64,000 bases of DNA from Phycisphaeraceae bacterium (GCA_040905565.1 JBBDRF010000012.1:1-64000); one strand, 5' to 3'; positions 32,259-43,097 are shown, numbered from the stretch's first letter. The notes: generated by a model not told the origin, from the letters alone. Numbers and translations: made by a program.

Positions 32259-33395
32259 ATGGCAACACAAGAAAGTCAGGTCATCCCGGTCTCGAACGCC
32301 CAGCGACTGGCGAACATGATCGAGTCGGATATCCGTAGGCGTGCGTTGGTGCCGGGCGATGCCTATCTGCCGGCCGAGGATGTGGCCCGCATGCTGAACG
32401 TCACCCCCCGCACCGCCAACCGTGCGATGCAGCTGCTGGCGCAGGATGGGGTGTTGGATCGGCGGCGAGGGGTCGGCACGTTCATCGGCGAGCATGTGAA
32501 GCAGGGCGAACCGGTCCAACTGCGATGTGTGCATGTGCTCATCACGATGCAGCGGCTGCGGACGGGTTTCGTGGCCGACGATCTGCTGGCGGGACTATCG
32601 CAGGAACTGGGGTGCGATATCCAGTTCAATCTGGTGCCGGCTGAGCAGCCGCTTGAGTATGTCCGGCGGGTGATCGACGAGAATTCGGGGGACGGCCGGA
32701 TGGTCGGCACGGTGCTGGTGGGATGTCCACGCCTGGTCCAGGAATTTGTTGGCGAGTCGGGCGTGCCGGCCGTCGTGTTCGGCAGTGTCTACCCCGGCTC
32801 CGAGCGGCTGCCTTCGATCGATCTTGACCATTTCGATCTCGGTCGGCAGATGGCGCGGCGGCTGCTGGAGCGCGGTCATGAACGACTGGTTCTGTTGACG
32901 CGTGAGAGTTGGCTGCGTGGCGACAATCTGCTGCTGGACGGCATCAATGCGGAGATGGCGGAGCGGGGGATGCGGCAAGGATCGCTGATCGTGCGGAGTG
33001 TGCCGCCGGATCACGAAGCGGCTTCGCAGGAGGTGGCGAGGCTGATGCGTGACGAACCGGGCGCGACGGGGTGGATGATCCGCGGACGGACCAACACAGA
33101 AGCAGCGCTGGCGACGTGGCGACGGGCGGGCGTGGTGCTTGGCCGGGATATTGAATTGGTCAGCGACACCGACGGTGCGATCACGCAGCCGAGCCGGGGC
33201 CACAGTGTGATGGTCACGCAGTTGACGTACCGAGAGCGCGCGATTCAGGCGGGGCGTCTGTTGGCGGAGCGCGATCAGGGGGCGGGGCCGCGACACATCG
33301 GCATCGCCGTCGAGCTTCAGGAGGTGGATTCAGAGATACCGTTCGGCGGGCACGAAGGCCCCAGCGGCTCCTCGCTTGAAGCTCCATCGGGCTGA
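32259..33395 (+). CDS. GntR-family HTH regulator with LacI-type sugar-binding domain
   Basis: LVPGDAYLPAEDVARMLNVTPRTANRAMQLLAQDGVLDRRRGVGTFI; LPSIDLDH..LGRQMARRLLERGHERL. Confidence 0.85.
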   Translation: MATQESQVIPVSNAQRLANMIESDIRRRALVPGDAYLPAEDVARMLNVTPRTANRAMQLLAQDGVLDRRRGVGTFIGEHVKQGEPVQLRCVHVLITMQRLRTGFVADDLLAGLSQELGCDIQFNLVPAEQPLEYVRRVIDENSGDGRMVGTVLVGCPRLVQEFVGESGVPAVVFGSVYPGSERLPSIDLDHFDLGRQMARRLLERGHERLVLLTRESWLRGDNLLLDGINAEMAERGMRQGSLIVRSVPPDHEAASQEVARLMRDEPGATGWMIRGRTNTEAALATWRRAGVVLGRDIELVSDTDGAITQPSRGHSVMVTQLTYRERAIQAGRLLAERDQGAGPRHIGIAVELQEVDSEIPFGGHEGPSGSSLEAPSG

Positions 33396-33455
33396 TTGGC
33401 TTCTGCATCCCGCGGTCGAAGTAACGAGTTAGCTAATTATAGTCAAGGATTTTGC

Positions 33456-34391
33456 ATGCAGAACTTGAGTTTGAAGGGGCTGATTGCAGCCACCTATACG
33501 CCGATGCACGCCGACGGTCGGCTGAATCTTCCGATGATCGAGACGATGGTCGAGCGGCTGATTGCCGACGGCGTGGACGGGTTCTACATCTGCGGCAGCA
33601 CGGGCGAAGGAATGTCGCTCTCCAGCAGCGAACGCCGCGACGTCGCCGAGGCCTACGTGGGAGCAGCCGCCAAGCGCGTGCCTGTCGTCGTGCAGGTCGG
33701 GCATAACGCCGTTACCGAAGCGCAGGAACTCGCCGCCCACGCTCAGCAAATCGGGGCGACAGCCATCTCCGCCAATGCTCCTTCCTACTTCAAAGTGCAG
33801 TCCGCGGACATGCTGGCGCGCTGTATGGCCGAGATCGCTTCGGGCGCACCCGACCTGCCGTTTTACTACTACCACATCCCCGCACTCACCGGCGTCAGTG
33901 TCGACATGCTCGACTACCTCGACCGCGCCGCCGCGTCGACGCCGACCTTTGCGGGCGTGAAGTACACCATGCCGACGCTCGACGAATATCAGGAGTTGAT
34001 GGCGTGGGACGACGGCCGCCTCGACGTTCTGTGGGGCTGCGATGAAATGCTGCTGCCCGCGCTGGCGGTCGGTTCGCAGGGAGCTGTCGGCAGCACGTAC
34101 AACCTGTTCTCCCCGATCTACCGCCAGGTGCTGGCCGCCTTCGAAGCGGGCGATCTGGTCACGGCCCGCGCGGCACAAGGGAAGGCGATTCAGGTGATCC
34201 GCACCATCAAGCGATTCCCCTTCCACTCGGCGATGAAGCAGATTTTCACGATGCGTGGCATCGACTGCGGCCCTTGCCGCTTGCCCCAGCCGGCGCTCAG
34301 CAGCGACGATGTCCGCGACCTGCGGGCCGCACTTGAAGCGCTGGGACTGCTCGAAAACGCCACGGTCTCCGCGTCCACCTCCCAGGAGTAA
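33456..34391 (+). CDS. nanA: N-acetylneuraminate lyase-like (DHDPS family)
   Basis: ICGSTGEG, FYYYHIPALTG, GVKYT Schiff-base Lys, GCDEM, GAVGSTYN; gene context. Confidence 0.8.
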   Translation: MQNLSLKGLIAATYTPMHADGRLNLPMIETMVERLIADGVDGFYICGSTGEGMSLSSSERRDVAEAYVGAAAKRVPVVVQVGHNAVTEAQELAAHAQQIGATAISANAPSYFKVQSADMLARCMAEIASGAPDLPFYYYHIPALTGVSVDMLDYLDRAAASTPTFAGVKYTMPTLDEYQELMAWDDGRLDVLWGCDEMLLPALAVGSQGAVGSTYNLFSPIYRQVLAAFEAGDLVTARAAQGKAIQVIRTIKRFPFHSAMKQIFTMRGIDCGPCRLPQPALSSDDVRDLRAALEALGLLENATVSASTSQE

Positions 34392-34397
34392 GCGAAC

Positions 34398-37097
34398 GTG
34401 ATACCTCGCCTTTTGACTCAGACGGTTTGCGCGCTCGCATTGGTGATGGTGGCGGTGACGCCTGTCTTCGCTGAGTCGGTCAGTCGGACGGAGCATGATC
34501 TGCTGAAGTGGACGGCCCTGCCGGACCTGCCCAATGAGCGGGGCGTCGCGGGGGCGATGGTAGGCACCCACAACGGCGCACTCATCGTGGCTGGGGGCGC
34601 GAACTTCCCCGACCCGATCTGGGAAACCGACAAGGTCTGGCACGATGATGTCTGGGTGCTGACCCACGACGACGGCCGGGAACTGGTGTGGCTGGGGCCG
34701 TTTGAGCTTGATCGTCCGGTCGCTTATGGCGCGACAGTCAGCGTCGAGGATGGGGTGGTATGCCTCGGCGGCGACGACGGCGAAAAGACCTTCGCCGACG
34801 CGTTCATGCTCTCATGGGACGATGAAACCAACGAGCTTCACCAGACCCCGCTGCCGAGCATGCCTGCGCCCGCCGCCTACGGCAGCGCGACCGTCATCGG
34901 CTCAACCGTCTACTTCGCCGGCGGCCTGCGCGACGAAGACCTTGAACAGACGATGAGTAACTTCTGGCGGCTCGATCTTTCCAAGCAGGAGGAGGAAGAC
35001 TTCGGCTGGGAGGTGCTGCCGAGTTGGCCGGGCCCGAGCCGGGCGTTCAACCTGACGGTGGCGCAGCACAACGGTTTCGATGATTGTGTCTACGTGATCA
35101 GCGGGCGGCGCGCGAATGATGCCGACGAAGTCGCCGACGTGACGGGGTTCGTGGCGAACGACGATATCTTCGTGCTGCACGACGTGTATGAGTTCAATCC
35201 GAGGAAGTTTGGCGATGCCGGGGCTGATGCCCAGCCGGGTGATGGCTGGCGTCAGCGGGCGGATGTGCCATGGGGCGTGATGGCCGGCACGGCTGCAGCG
35301 GTGGGGCAGTCGCACGTGTTCGTGCTTGGCGGTGCCGACGGCACGTTGATCAAAGACGCAGCGGAACTGGGCGATGACCACCCCGGTTTTCGGCGCGACG
35401 TGCTGAGCTACCACACCATTACCGATACCTGGATCATCGCCGGCGAAATGCCCGCCAATCAGGTGACGACCGAAGCGGCGCCGTGGGGCGACGGATTCGT
35501 CGTCACTTCAGGCGAAGTGCGGCCGCGCCACCGAACGCCCGCCGTCTGGCTGGTCGAGCCGGACGAGACGCCGCTTGGCTTCGGCGCGATCGACTTCACC
35601 GTGCTCGTCGCGTACCTGCTGGCGATGGTCGGCGTGGGCGTCTACTTCGCACGCAAAAACCAGAACACCGACGACTACTTCCGCAGCGGCCAGCGCACGC
35701 TCTGGTGGGTGGCCGGCTGTTCGATCTTCGCGACCATGCTCAGCTCCATCACCTACATGGCCATTCCCGCCAAGGCGTTCGCGCAGGATATCGTGTGGCT
35801 GGTGGGCAACATGATGATCCTCGTCGTGGCCCCGTTGGCGATCTTCGTGGCCCTGCCGTTCTTTCGGCGGATCGACGCGACCAGCGCCTACGAGTATCTC
35901 CAGAAGCGTTTCAACATGCCCGTTCGGCTGTTCGCCAGCGGCCTGTTCACCCTGTTCCACCTCTTCCGCATGGGCATCGTGATGGCCTTGGCGGCACTGG
36001 CGTTGGCGACCATCACGCCGCTCAGCGCCCCGCAGTGCGTGCTGGTGATGGGCCTGCTCAGCGTCGTCTACTGCACGCTCGGCGGCGTCTCCGCAGTCAT
36101 GTGGACCGACACCATCCAGACCTTCGTGTTGCTCGGCGGCGGCATCCTCTGCCTTATCCTCGCCGTTCGCGGCGCGCAGGGCGGCCTCGGCGAAGTGTGG
36201 CAAACTGCCTCCGCTGACGACAAGTTGCACCTGTTCAACATCGGCTGGGATGCCACCAGCACGTCGCTTGTGCTATGGGTCGTCGTCCTCGGCGCGATCG
36301 GGCAGAACGTCGCCTCGTACACCTCCGATCAGGCCGTCGTCCAGCGCTACATGACCACGCCCGACAGCAAGCTTGCTGCCAAGTCCATCTGGGCCGCCGC
36401 CATCATCGCCATCCCCGCCTCGTTCCTGTTCTACTTCATGGGCACCGCGCTTTACGTCTTCTACAAATCCAACCCGCAGAAGTTGGATCCGACCTTCATG
36501 ACCGATCAGATTCTGCCCCTGTTCATCGCCCACGAATTGCCCGTCGGCATCGCGGGGCTCATCGTGGCGGGCATTTTCGCCGCGGCGCAATCCACCATCT
36601 CCACCAGCATGAACTCCACAGCGACGACGGTCGTGACGGACTTCATGCGGCCGTTCAAGCTCGTCGATTCCGAACGCGGCTACCTCAACGCAGCCCGAGC
36701 GCTCACGCTCGGCTTCGGCATCGGCGGGACGGCACTCGGCCTGCTGTTCGTTGATCCGGATAACCGCTCGTTGTTCGGATCGTTCATCACGGTCATCGGC
36801 TTCTTCATGGGCGTGCTCGGCGGGCTGTTCATGCTCGGCATGCTCACCCAACGCGCCACCGCCAGGGGCGCGGTGTATGGCGCACTGATCGGCACCTCCG
36901 TGGTCGTGAGCGTCTGGTGGTTTACCGACATCGCAGGCTACCTCTACGCCGCTATCGGCATCGGCGTGTGCTTCGTTGTCGGCTACCTCGCAAGCCTGTT
37001 TGAGCCATCGCGGAAATCACTCGATGGGCTGACGATCTACACCGTGTTACCTAAGCAGGAGTCCGAGGCATGGGTCCCGACCGGCTCGCCGAACTGA
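34398..37097 (+). CDS. Kelch-repeat (NanM-like mutarotase) fused to sodium:solute symporter
   Basis: Signal peptide, LIVAGGANFP, Kelch GG repeats, SGEVRPRHRTP, then SSS motifs SIFATMLSSITYMAIP, SAYEYLQKRF, DQAVVQRY, AGIFAAAQST. Confidence 0.88.
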   Translation: MIPRLLTQTVCALALVMVAVTPVFAESVSRTEHDLLKWTALPDLPNERGVAGAMVGTHNGALIVAGGANFPDPIWETDKVWHDDVWVLTHDDGRELVWLGPFELDRPVAYGATVSVEDGVVCLGGDDGEKTFADAFMLSWDDETNELHQTPLPSMPAPAAYGSATVIGSTVYFAGGLRDEDLEQTMSNFWRLDLSKQEEEDFGWEVLPSWPGPSRAFNLTVAQHNGFDDCVYVISGRRANDADEVADVTGFVANDDIFVLHDVYEFNPRKFGDAGADAQPGDGWRQRADVPWGVMAGTAAAVGQSHVFVLGGADGTLIKDAAELGDDHPGFRRDVLSYHTITDTWIIAGEMPANQVTTEAAPWGDGFVVTSGEVRPRHRTPAVWLVEPDETPLGFGAIDFTVLVAYLLAMVGVGVYFARKNQNTDDYFRSGQRTLWWVAGCSIFATMLSSITYMAIPAKAFAQDIVWLVGNMMILVVAPLAIFVALPFFRRIDATSAYEYLQKRFNMPVRLFASGLFTLFHLFRMGIVMALAALALATITPLSAPQCVLVMGLLSVVYCTLGGVSAVMWTDTIQTFVLLGGGILCLILAVRGAQGGLGEVWQTASADDKLHLFNIGWDATSTSLVLWVVVLGAIGQNVASYTSDQAVVQRYMTTPDSKLAAKSIWAAAIIAIPASFLFYFMGTALYVFYKSNPQKLDPTFMTDQILPLFIAHELPVGIAGLIVAGIFAAAQSTISTSMNSTATTVVTDFMRPFKLVDSERGYLNAARALTLGFGIGGTALGLLFVDPDNRSLFGSFITVIGFFMGVLGGLFMLGMLTQRATARGAVYGALIGTSVVVSVWWFTDIAGYLYAAIGIGVCFVVGYLASLFEPSRKSLDGLTIYTVLPKQESEAWVPTGSPN

Positions 37098-38242
37098 GAA
37101 ACATCTACCGCGACGGCCTGCTCAACGACACGCTGGCGTTCTGGTTTCCCCGCTGCGTCGACGAGAAACACGGCGGCTACTTCACAGCACTCGACCGTGA
37201 CGGCACGCTGATCGATGACGACAAAAGCGTCTGGGTGCAGGGCCGGGCCGCCTGGCTGCTGGGGACGCTTTACAACATTGTTGAGCCGCGTGAGCAGTGG
37301 TTGGATTGGGCCCGCAGCGGTATCGAATTTCTCGATCGCCACTGCTTCGATCCCGCCGACGGCCGCATGTGGTTCCACGTCACGCGCGACGGCAGGCCGA
37401 TCCGCAAGCGCCGTTACGCGTTCAGCGAATCCTTCGCCGCCATCGCCTACGGCGAATACGCCCGCGCCACCGGAAGTGACGAATATGCCGAGAAAGCCCG
37501 CCGCTGCTTCGATGCGTTCGTGACACATCAGGGCGAGCCGAAGTTCACCGACGTTCGGCCGATGCAGGGGTTGGGGCACCCGATGATCGCCATCGTCACG
37601 GCGCAGGAGCTGCGCGATTCCATCGGCTTGGCTGATGCGGACGCATGGATCGACCGCAGCATCGAAACCATTAAGCGCGATCACATGAAACCCGACCTGC
37701 AGGCGGTGATGGAAACGGTCGGGCTCGGAGGCGAGGTGCTTGACCACTTCGACGGCCGAACGCTGAATCCCGGTCACGCCATCGAAGCGGCCTGGTTTAT
37801 CATGCGGGAAGGGCAGCGGCGCAATGACAGCCAACTTATCAAGACGGGCCTGACGATTCTCGACTGGATGTGGGAACGCGGCTGGGATCGCGAGCACGGC
37901 GGGCTGCTCTACTTTGTCGACGTCTTCAATAAGCCCGTGCAGGAATACTGGCACGATATGAAATTCTGGTGGCCTCAGAACGAAGCAATCATCGCGACGC
38001 TGATGGCCCACCAGATCACCGGCGAGCAGCGCTACGCCGACTGGCATCGGCAGGCGCACGACTGGGCCTACAAGCATTTCGCCGATGCGGAGTACGGCGA
38101 GTGGTTCGGCTATCTGCACCGCGACGGAACACCATCGTCGACGTTGAAGGGGAACATGTGGAAGGGGCCGTTCCACCTGCCGCGCATGCAGTTGACGTGC
38201 ATGCGACTGCTTACACCTGATGGTCAGCAAGTCGGCAGTTGA
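37070..38242 (+). CDS. AGE family N-acylglucosamine 2-epimerase
   Basis: GGYFTALDRDG, DKSVWVQGR, NPGHAIEAAWF, KFWWPQNE, GEWFGYLHRDG, KGPFHLPR. Confidence 0.9.
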   Translation: MGPDRLAELRNIYRDGLLNDTLAFWFPRCVDEKHGGYFTALDRDGTLIDDDKSVWVQGRAAWLLGTLYNIVEPREQWLDWARSGIEFLDRHCFDPADGRMWFHVTRDGRPIRKRRYAFSESFAAIAYGEYARATGSDEYAEKARRCFDAFVTHQGEPKFTDVRPMQGLGHPMIAIVTAQELRDSIGLADADAWIDRSIETIKRDHMKPDLQAVMETVGLGGEVLDHFDGRTLNPGHAIEAAWFIMREGQRRNDSQLIKTGLTILDWMWERGWDREHGGLLYFVDVFNKPVQEYWHDMKFWWPQNEAIIATLMAHQITGEQRYADWHRQAHDWAYKHFADAEYGEWFGYLHRDGTPSSTLKGNMWKGPFHLPRMQLTCMRLLTPDGQQVGS

Positions 38243-38267
38243 GGGGGAACATCACGATAACTTTCGC

Positions 38268-38304
38268 GGGTGCCCCGGCCAGCGAACGAAGTGAGACGGC
38301 CGGG
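38268..38304 (+). repeat. REP-like palindromic element
   Basis: GGGTGCCCCGGCCAGCGAACGAAGTGAGACGGCCGGG is 34/37 identical to the reverse complement of 6347-6383. Confidence 0.8.
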
Positions 38305-38305
38305 T

Positions 38306-40951
38306 TCACGAACTGCGGCCGGCCTGAAGCAGGCGTAGGGGATCGGTCCGACCCACGAGCAGAGCGGGGATGACGCTGGCGACGAGGGTGACGGCGAGCG
38401 TGATGCCGACGCCCACCATCAGCGGGCGGACGGGGACGACGAGCGGTGGCGCGTAACCGGCGAGGTGGCCGCCCATGATCAAACCGACGTGAGCGAGGAT
38501 GAGCCCGGCTGCGACGCCGAGCGCCGAAGCGATCAACCCGATGAGGACCGCTTCGGTGATGACCAGGCGGATGAGCCCCGCGCGCGTGAGGCCAACACAT
38601 CGGAACACACCAAGTTGCCAACGGCGTGCGCGGACGGAGGCCATGATGGTGTTGAGCACGCCGAGCGAAGCGACGGCGAGTGCTGCCAGCGCGACGGCGG
38701 AAAGCATATCCACCAGGCGAAACAGCGCCTCGTCGACGCCTTCTTTGAGTTCTCGCGTGTCGGCGGCAAGGAGGCCGAAGCGTTCGCCGGCAGCCTCTCG
38801 AACATCGCGGACAATGGCTTCCTTGTCGCGGGCGCTGTCGAGGTTGGCCATGAACAGGTGGATGCGGGGGATGCCGAAGTCGCGGCGGACGTTGTCGATG
38901 CTGGTGATCATGGAGCCGACGGTCCAGCTCTCCATTTCACGTTGCAGATCGAACAGGCGGGCCGCACGGTCGGCGGCGAGAGAGCGCATCACGCCGACGA
39001 TCTCGTAATCGACCTCGCCGTGATTCGTCGTGTTGATGGGGATGGTGTCGCCGATGCTGAACTGCCTGAGGTTCTGGAATTCTTCGGTGATAACGACCGT
39101 GCGGCCGCCCTGCTTGAGCGCCCGGCGGGCGGTGGCGGGATCGCCGAGGAGGTAGTCGACGCCGATCATCGGTTCGCGTGGCGGATCGTCTGAACCGAGG
39201 GCGCGGTCGATGTTAACACCGAACATCATGGTGGCGTTGGGCCGCTGCATGGCACCGAAGAGGGCGATGACATCGGTGCCGAGTTCGGGCGAGACGAGGG
39301 CGACGGGAAGGAGCGATCCTTCGCGGATGCCGGGGACGTCGTTGATGCGCTCGAGGTTGTCCGGGGCGATGCCGAGCGGCGAGAAGAGGATCATGTCGGG
39401 GAACTGATCGGGCAGTTGCCAGTCGGCGATGAGCGATCGGCCGTGCGCCTGAATGGCGACGAACGTGGCGAGCCCGACGCTTAGCGCAGCGACGGTGCCG
39501 GCGGTGCGCCAGAGTCCGCTGCTGAGTTGCTGTCGAAGCAGGTCGCTTCTAACGGCGAAGAGTCTGGCGACCAGAGGCGTGAACAGCGGCTCGATCAGGC
39601 GGATGCAGGCGGGCGTGATGAGGAACAGCCCGAGCAGGAGGGTGGGCAAGCCGAGACCGAGGTGGAGGTAGAGGCGCACGTTCTGTTCGATGCCGGGCGT
39701 GAGGACGATGGCGTATTCGACCGCGACGAGGGCGAGGCCGAGCAGTGCGAACACGAGCGTCATCCCTCGGCGAGGCGGGCGGCCCTGCGCGGTCATCGCC
39801 TGGAGCGGATCGATGCGCGTCGCGGTGATCGCCGGAAGCAGGCTCGCCAGCAGTGCAGCAAGCAACGCGCCGCCGACGCCGAAGATTACGCCGCCGGCGT
39901 TCAGTACACCCCCCGCGAGGAAGAGATCGGGGTATCGCCCGGCCAGCAGGGCAATCCAAAGCCAGCCGAGCAGCACGCCGAGGGCCGCCCCGATCACTGC
40001 GATCACCAGGCCTTCGATCAGCACGAGTGCTGCGATCTGGGGTTTCACCGCACCGATCGCGCGCAGCATCGCCAGCACACGTGAGCGTTCGGCGACGCCC
40101 ATCGAAAGTGTGGAGAAGATGATGAAGGCAGCGGCAAGCATCGCGATCGCGCCGCCGGCGTAGCTGAGCACCTCCATGCCGACAATGCCCTGATCGAACA
40201 TCTGCTTGTGCCCGGCTTCGGTGCGCACGCTCAACTCCGTACCGGCCAGATCGCTGCGGCCTTGCCACCGCTCAGCGAATGCCTCCACATCCTCGTCTGG
40301 TTGCAGCACGACCTCGATGCGATTCACCGCGGCGTCGTAACCGGCCCATTCCTGGAGCACGTGCAGAGGGAGATAGATCGCGGGCGGTTCCATCCACAGT
40401 GCTTCCGGCCGGGTGAGGATGCCGACGACTTCGATCGCAAGCGGATCTCCATCTGCAACGGGGAGGGCGATAGTCGAGCCGATCTCCAGGTCCAGCCGTT
40501 GGGCCACACCGTCACCGATGACAGCGACCGCTTGCCGTTCGCCTTCGGGGAACCATTCGCCCTCGGCTAGCTCCCGCCGCCCGACATCATGAGCAGCCGG
40601 ATCACCCAGCCCGCGCAGCCGAACGGGCCAGGGCGAGGCGGTGCCGCCCTCCTCGTCAATCAGAAGGGAAGAAGTCGAAAGCAGGGGCCGAATCTCACGA
40701 ACGCGCGCGTCATCCTGCATCGCCCGAACGTAAGGATCGGCGATCACATCGGACGAATCATCAGGCGTGACCACCACGTCCACGGCACTGTAGAAATCGT
40801 CGAGCAGGTGGTAGGCGACCGCGTGCAGCGAAGTGAACGCACTGGTCATGGCGACAACGAGGCTGACCGCAGCGGCCATCGCGCCGACCGTCAGCGCCAC
40901 CCGCATACGCGTCTGCTTCAGATTCGCTAGCGAAAGTCGAAATATGACCAT
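38306..40951 (-). CDS. FtsX/MacB-like ABC transporter permease (duplicated)
   Basis: Two MacB-type halves: VAERSRVLAMLRAIGA and ASVRARRWQLGVFRCVG; multiple TM segments. Confidence 0.88.
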   Translation of the reverse strand: MVIFRLSLANLKQTRMRVALTVGAMAAAVSLVVAMTSAFTSLHAVAYHLLDDFYSAVDVVVTPDDSSDVIADPYVRAMQDDARVREIRPLLSTSSLLIDEEGGTASPWPVRLRGLGDPAAHDVGRRELAEGEWFPEGERQAVAVIGDGVAQRLDLEIGSTIALPVADGDPLAIEVVGILTRPEALWMEPPAIYLPLHVLQEWAGYDAAVNRIEVVLQPDEDVEAFAERWQGRSDLAGTELSVRTEAGHKQMFDQGIVGMEVLSYAGGAIAMLAAAFIIFSTLSMGVAERSRVLAMLRAIGAVKPQIAALVLIEGLVIAVIGAALGVLLGWLWIALLAGRYPDLFLAGGVLNAGGVIFGVGGALLAALLASLLPAITATRIDPLQAMTAQGRPPRRGMTLVFALLGLALVAVEYAIVLTPGIEQNVRLYLHLGLGLPTLLLGLFLITPACIRLIEPLFTPLVARLFAVRSDLLRQQLSSGLWRTAGTVAALSVGLATFVAIQAHGRSLIADWQLPDQFPDMILFSPLGIAPDNLERINDVPGIREGSLLPVALVSPELGTDVIALFGAMQRPNATMMFGVNIDRALGSDDPPREPMIGVDYLLGDPATARRALKQGGRTVVITEEFQNLRQFSIGDTIPINTTNHGEVDYEIVGVMRSLAADRAARLFDLQREMESWTVGSMITSIDNVRRDFGIPRIHLFMANLDSARDKEAIVRDVREAAGERFGLLAADTRELKEGVDEALFRLVDMLSAVALAALAVASLGVLNTIMASVRARRWQLGVFRCVGLTRAGLIRLVITEAVLIGLIASALGVAAGLILAHVGLIMGGHLAGYAPPLVVPVRPLMVGVGITLAVTLVASVIPALLVGRTDPLRLLQAGRSS

Positions 40952-40988
40952 GGCGTTTTACAATCGCGTGGAGGGGAGACTGGGGGAA

Positions 40989-41744
40989 TCAAGGCGAGGC
41001 CGGGGCCGCCAACAGCGTCTGGTACAGGTTCGCCAGTTCGGCAGCATCTTTCATGTCGGCGATGGCTGCACGGTGACACAACTGCCCGTCACGGATGAAC
41101 ACCGCGTCGCGCGCGTACATACCCACCGACGGCTCATGGGTCACCAGCACGATGCTGACGCCTTCGGTCTCGTTGAGATCGCGTAGCAGACGACAGATGG
41201 CGATGGAGTTGGACGAATCGAGATTGCCTGTCGGTTCGTCAGCCAGGACGACGGCGGGACGTGTCACCAGCGCTCGGCCGATGGCAACGCGTTGCTGTTC
41301 GCCGCCGCTTAAGGCGTCGGGGCGGTGCGTGGCTCGGCGCTCGATGTTCAGCTTGTGAAGCATCTCGTCGACCCGCTCGCGGATCGTCGCTTCGCGCTCG
41401 CCGGCCAGGCGTAACGGCAGGGCGACGTTCTCGGCTGCGGTGAGGGTCGGGATCAGGTTGAAGCTTTGAAAGATCAGCCCGATCTGCTCGCGGCGGAAGT
41501 GCGTGAGCTTGCGATCACTTAACGCACTGAGCGCTTTGCCGAGCACGAGGACGCGGCCTTCGTCGGGGTGCGTCAGCCCGGCCATCAGGTGCAGCAGCGT
41601 GCTTTTGCCGGAACCGCTGGCGCCCATGATGGCGGTGAAGTCGCCTTCCTCAATGTTCAGGCTGAGGTGATCCAGCGCGACCACCGCCGTTTCGCCGGAA
41701 CCGAAACGCTTGACGACATTTTCAACCGAGACAGGCGTATTCAT
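40989..41744 (-). CDS. ABC transporter ATP-binding protein (LolD/MacB-type)
   Basis: GASGSGKST, LSGGEQQRVAIGRAL, LADEPTGNLD, VTHE. Confidence 0.95.
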   Translation of the reverse strand: MNTPVSVENVVKRFGSGETAVVALDHLSLNIEEGDFTAIMGASGSGKSTLLHLMAGLTHPDEGRVLVLGKALSALSDRKLTHFRREQIGLIFQSFNLIPTLTAAENVALPLRLAGEREATIRERVDEMLHKLNIERRATHRPDALSGGEQQRVAIGRALVTRPAVVLADEPTGNLDSSNSIAICRLLRDLNETEGVSIVLVTHEPSVGMYARDAVFIRDGQLCHRAAIADMKDAAELANLYQTLLAAPASP

Positions 41745-41783
41745 AGGGCCATTGTAACGGGCGAATCTGCTGCGTCCTGTTGA

Positions 41784-43097
41784 TCACGCTGGGATGTGAT
41801 GCGGGAGTGTCGGCCGGGTGATGGTGAACGGGGCGGCGATGGCGAGGGGGATGCCCACCATCCAGAAGGCGGTGAACGCGGGATCGTAGAGGCCGGTCCA
41901 ATCCTTGACCGCGCCGAAGATGAACGGCCCGGCACTGGTCGACGAAACCGCTAGGGTGGCCAGCAAACCGCGGATGCTGCCGATGTGTCGACGGCCGAAA
42001 TACCGGGGCCACAAGGGTGCCAGCGATGCGAGCAACAGGCCCTGCGTCACGCCCATCGCGATGCCGGCTGAGACCACCATCAGCCTGGAATCGGCCGCCT
42101 GCAGCAGCGCCAGCGAAACGGAGATGCCGGCCGTGCTGACCGCGATGAGCCAGGGCAACGGGACGCGGTCCGCCAGTGCACCGCCGATGAGGTGCGTCAC
42201 GGCAAGCGTGGCGGCAAACGCGGTGAACAGGGCGGCCACATCGAGTTCGCCCAGCCCTCGATCTTCGAAGAGCGGCATGATGTTGAACAGCACGCCCGTG
42301 TTCGCCATCCCCCAAAGCACCCAGGGCAGGGCGGCGAACCAGAAGGTGCGGGTGCGGATCGCTTGATTCAGCGTCAAGCCGATATCCAGCGGGGAGGGTT
42401 GATCGTCGGGCGGCGCATCGTCGTCATCATCAAAAGTGCGACCGTCGGTGCATTGGCCGACGTATTCGGGGCGATCGTGGAACAGCCACAGCAGCAACGG
42501 CAGCATCACGATCAGGATCGCACAGCCGACGATGAGGTACGCCGACCGCCAGCCGACGGCCTCGAGAAGCCAGAGGTTCATCGCGGGGACCACCGCAATC
42601 GCGCCGGCCATGCCCAGATGCCGGAACCCTTCGACGGTGCCAAGGCGTCGTTCGAACCAGAACGCCAGCGTGTTGCCGCTGAGCATGCTGAGGGCGCCCT
42701 GTCCGAACATGCGGAGCAGAAAAAACGCGAGGAACAGTGTGAACAGCCCCGAGGCCATGGCCGTTACGCCGCACGCTCCGGCCAGCAGCAGCACGGCGGC
42801 GATCTTCGAGCGTCGCAAACCGAAACGATCGGAGAGTATCCCGATGTAGCTCATCGGCAGCGAGGCCAGAAGCGTGCCGAACATGTACGCGCCGGTAAGT
42901 TGGCTGTGGCTGAGGCCGAGCTCGTTGCGGATGGCGCTGTTGAAGGGGGCCACGCCGAAGGTTTGCGCCGGCGCGGTTGAGATGGCGGCCAGCGTGGCGA
43001 TCGCGAGGATCACCCATCCGTAATAGATGCGACTGGCGAGAAAAGCGGAGACCGGGTGAATCGGCCCGGCATCGGGATGGCGATCGATCGTCGGCAT
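41784..43097 (-). CDS. MFS transporter
   Basis: YYGWVI, GILSDRFGLRR motif A, GALADRV, about 12 TM segments. Confidence 0.88.
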   Translation of the reverse strand: MPTIDRHPDAGPIHPVSAFLASRIYYGWVILAIATLAAISTAPAQTFGVAPFNSAIRNELGLSHSQLTGAYMFGTLLASLPMSYIGILSDRFGLRRSKIAAVLLLAGACGVTAMASGLFTLFLAFFLLRMFGQGALSMLSGNTLAFWFERRLGTVEGFRHLGMAGAIAVVPAMNLWLLEAVGWRSAYLIVGCAILIVMLPLLLWLFHDRPEYVGQCTDGRTFDDDDDAPPDDQPSPLDIGLTLNQAIRTRTFWFAALPWVLWGMANTGVLFNIMPLFEDRGLGELDVAALFTAFAATLAVTHLIGGALADRVPLPWLIAVSTAGISVSLALLQAADSRLMVVSAGIAMGVTQGLLLASLAPLWPRYFGRRHIGSIRGLLATLAVSSTSAGPFIFGAVKDWTGLYDPAFTAFWMVGIPLAIAAPFTITRPTLPHHIPA

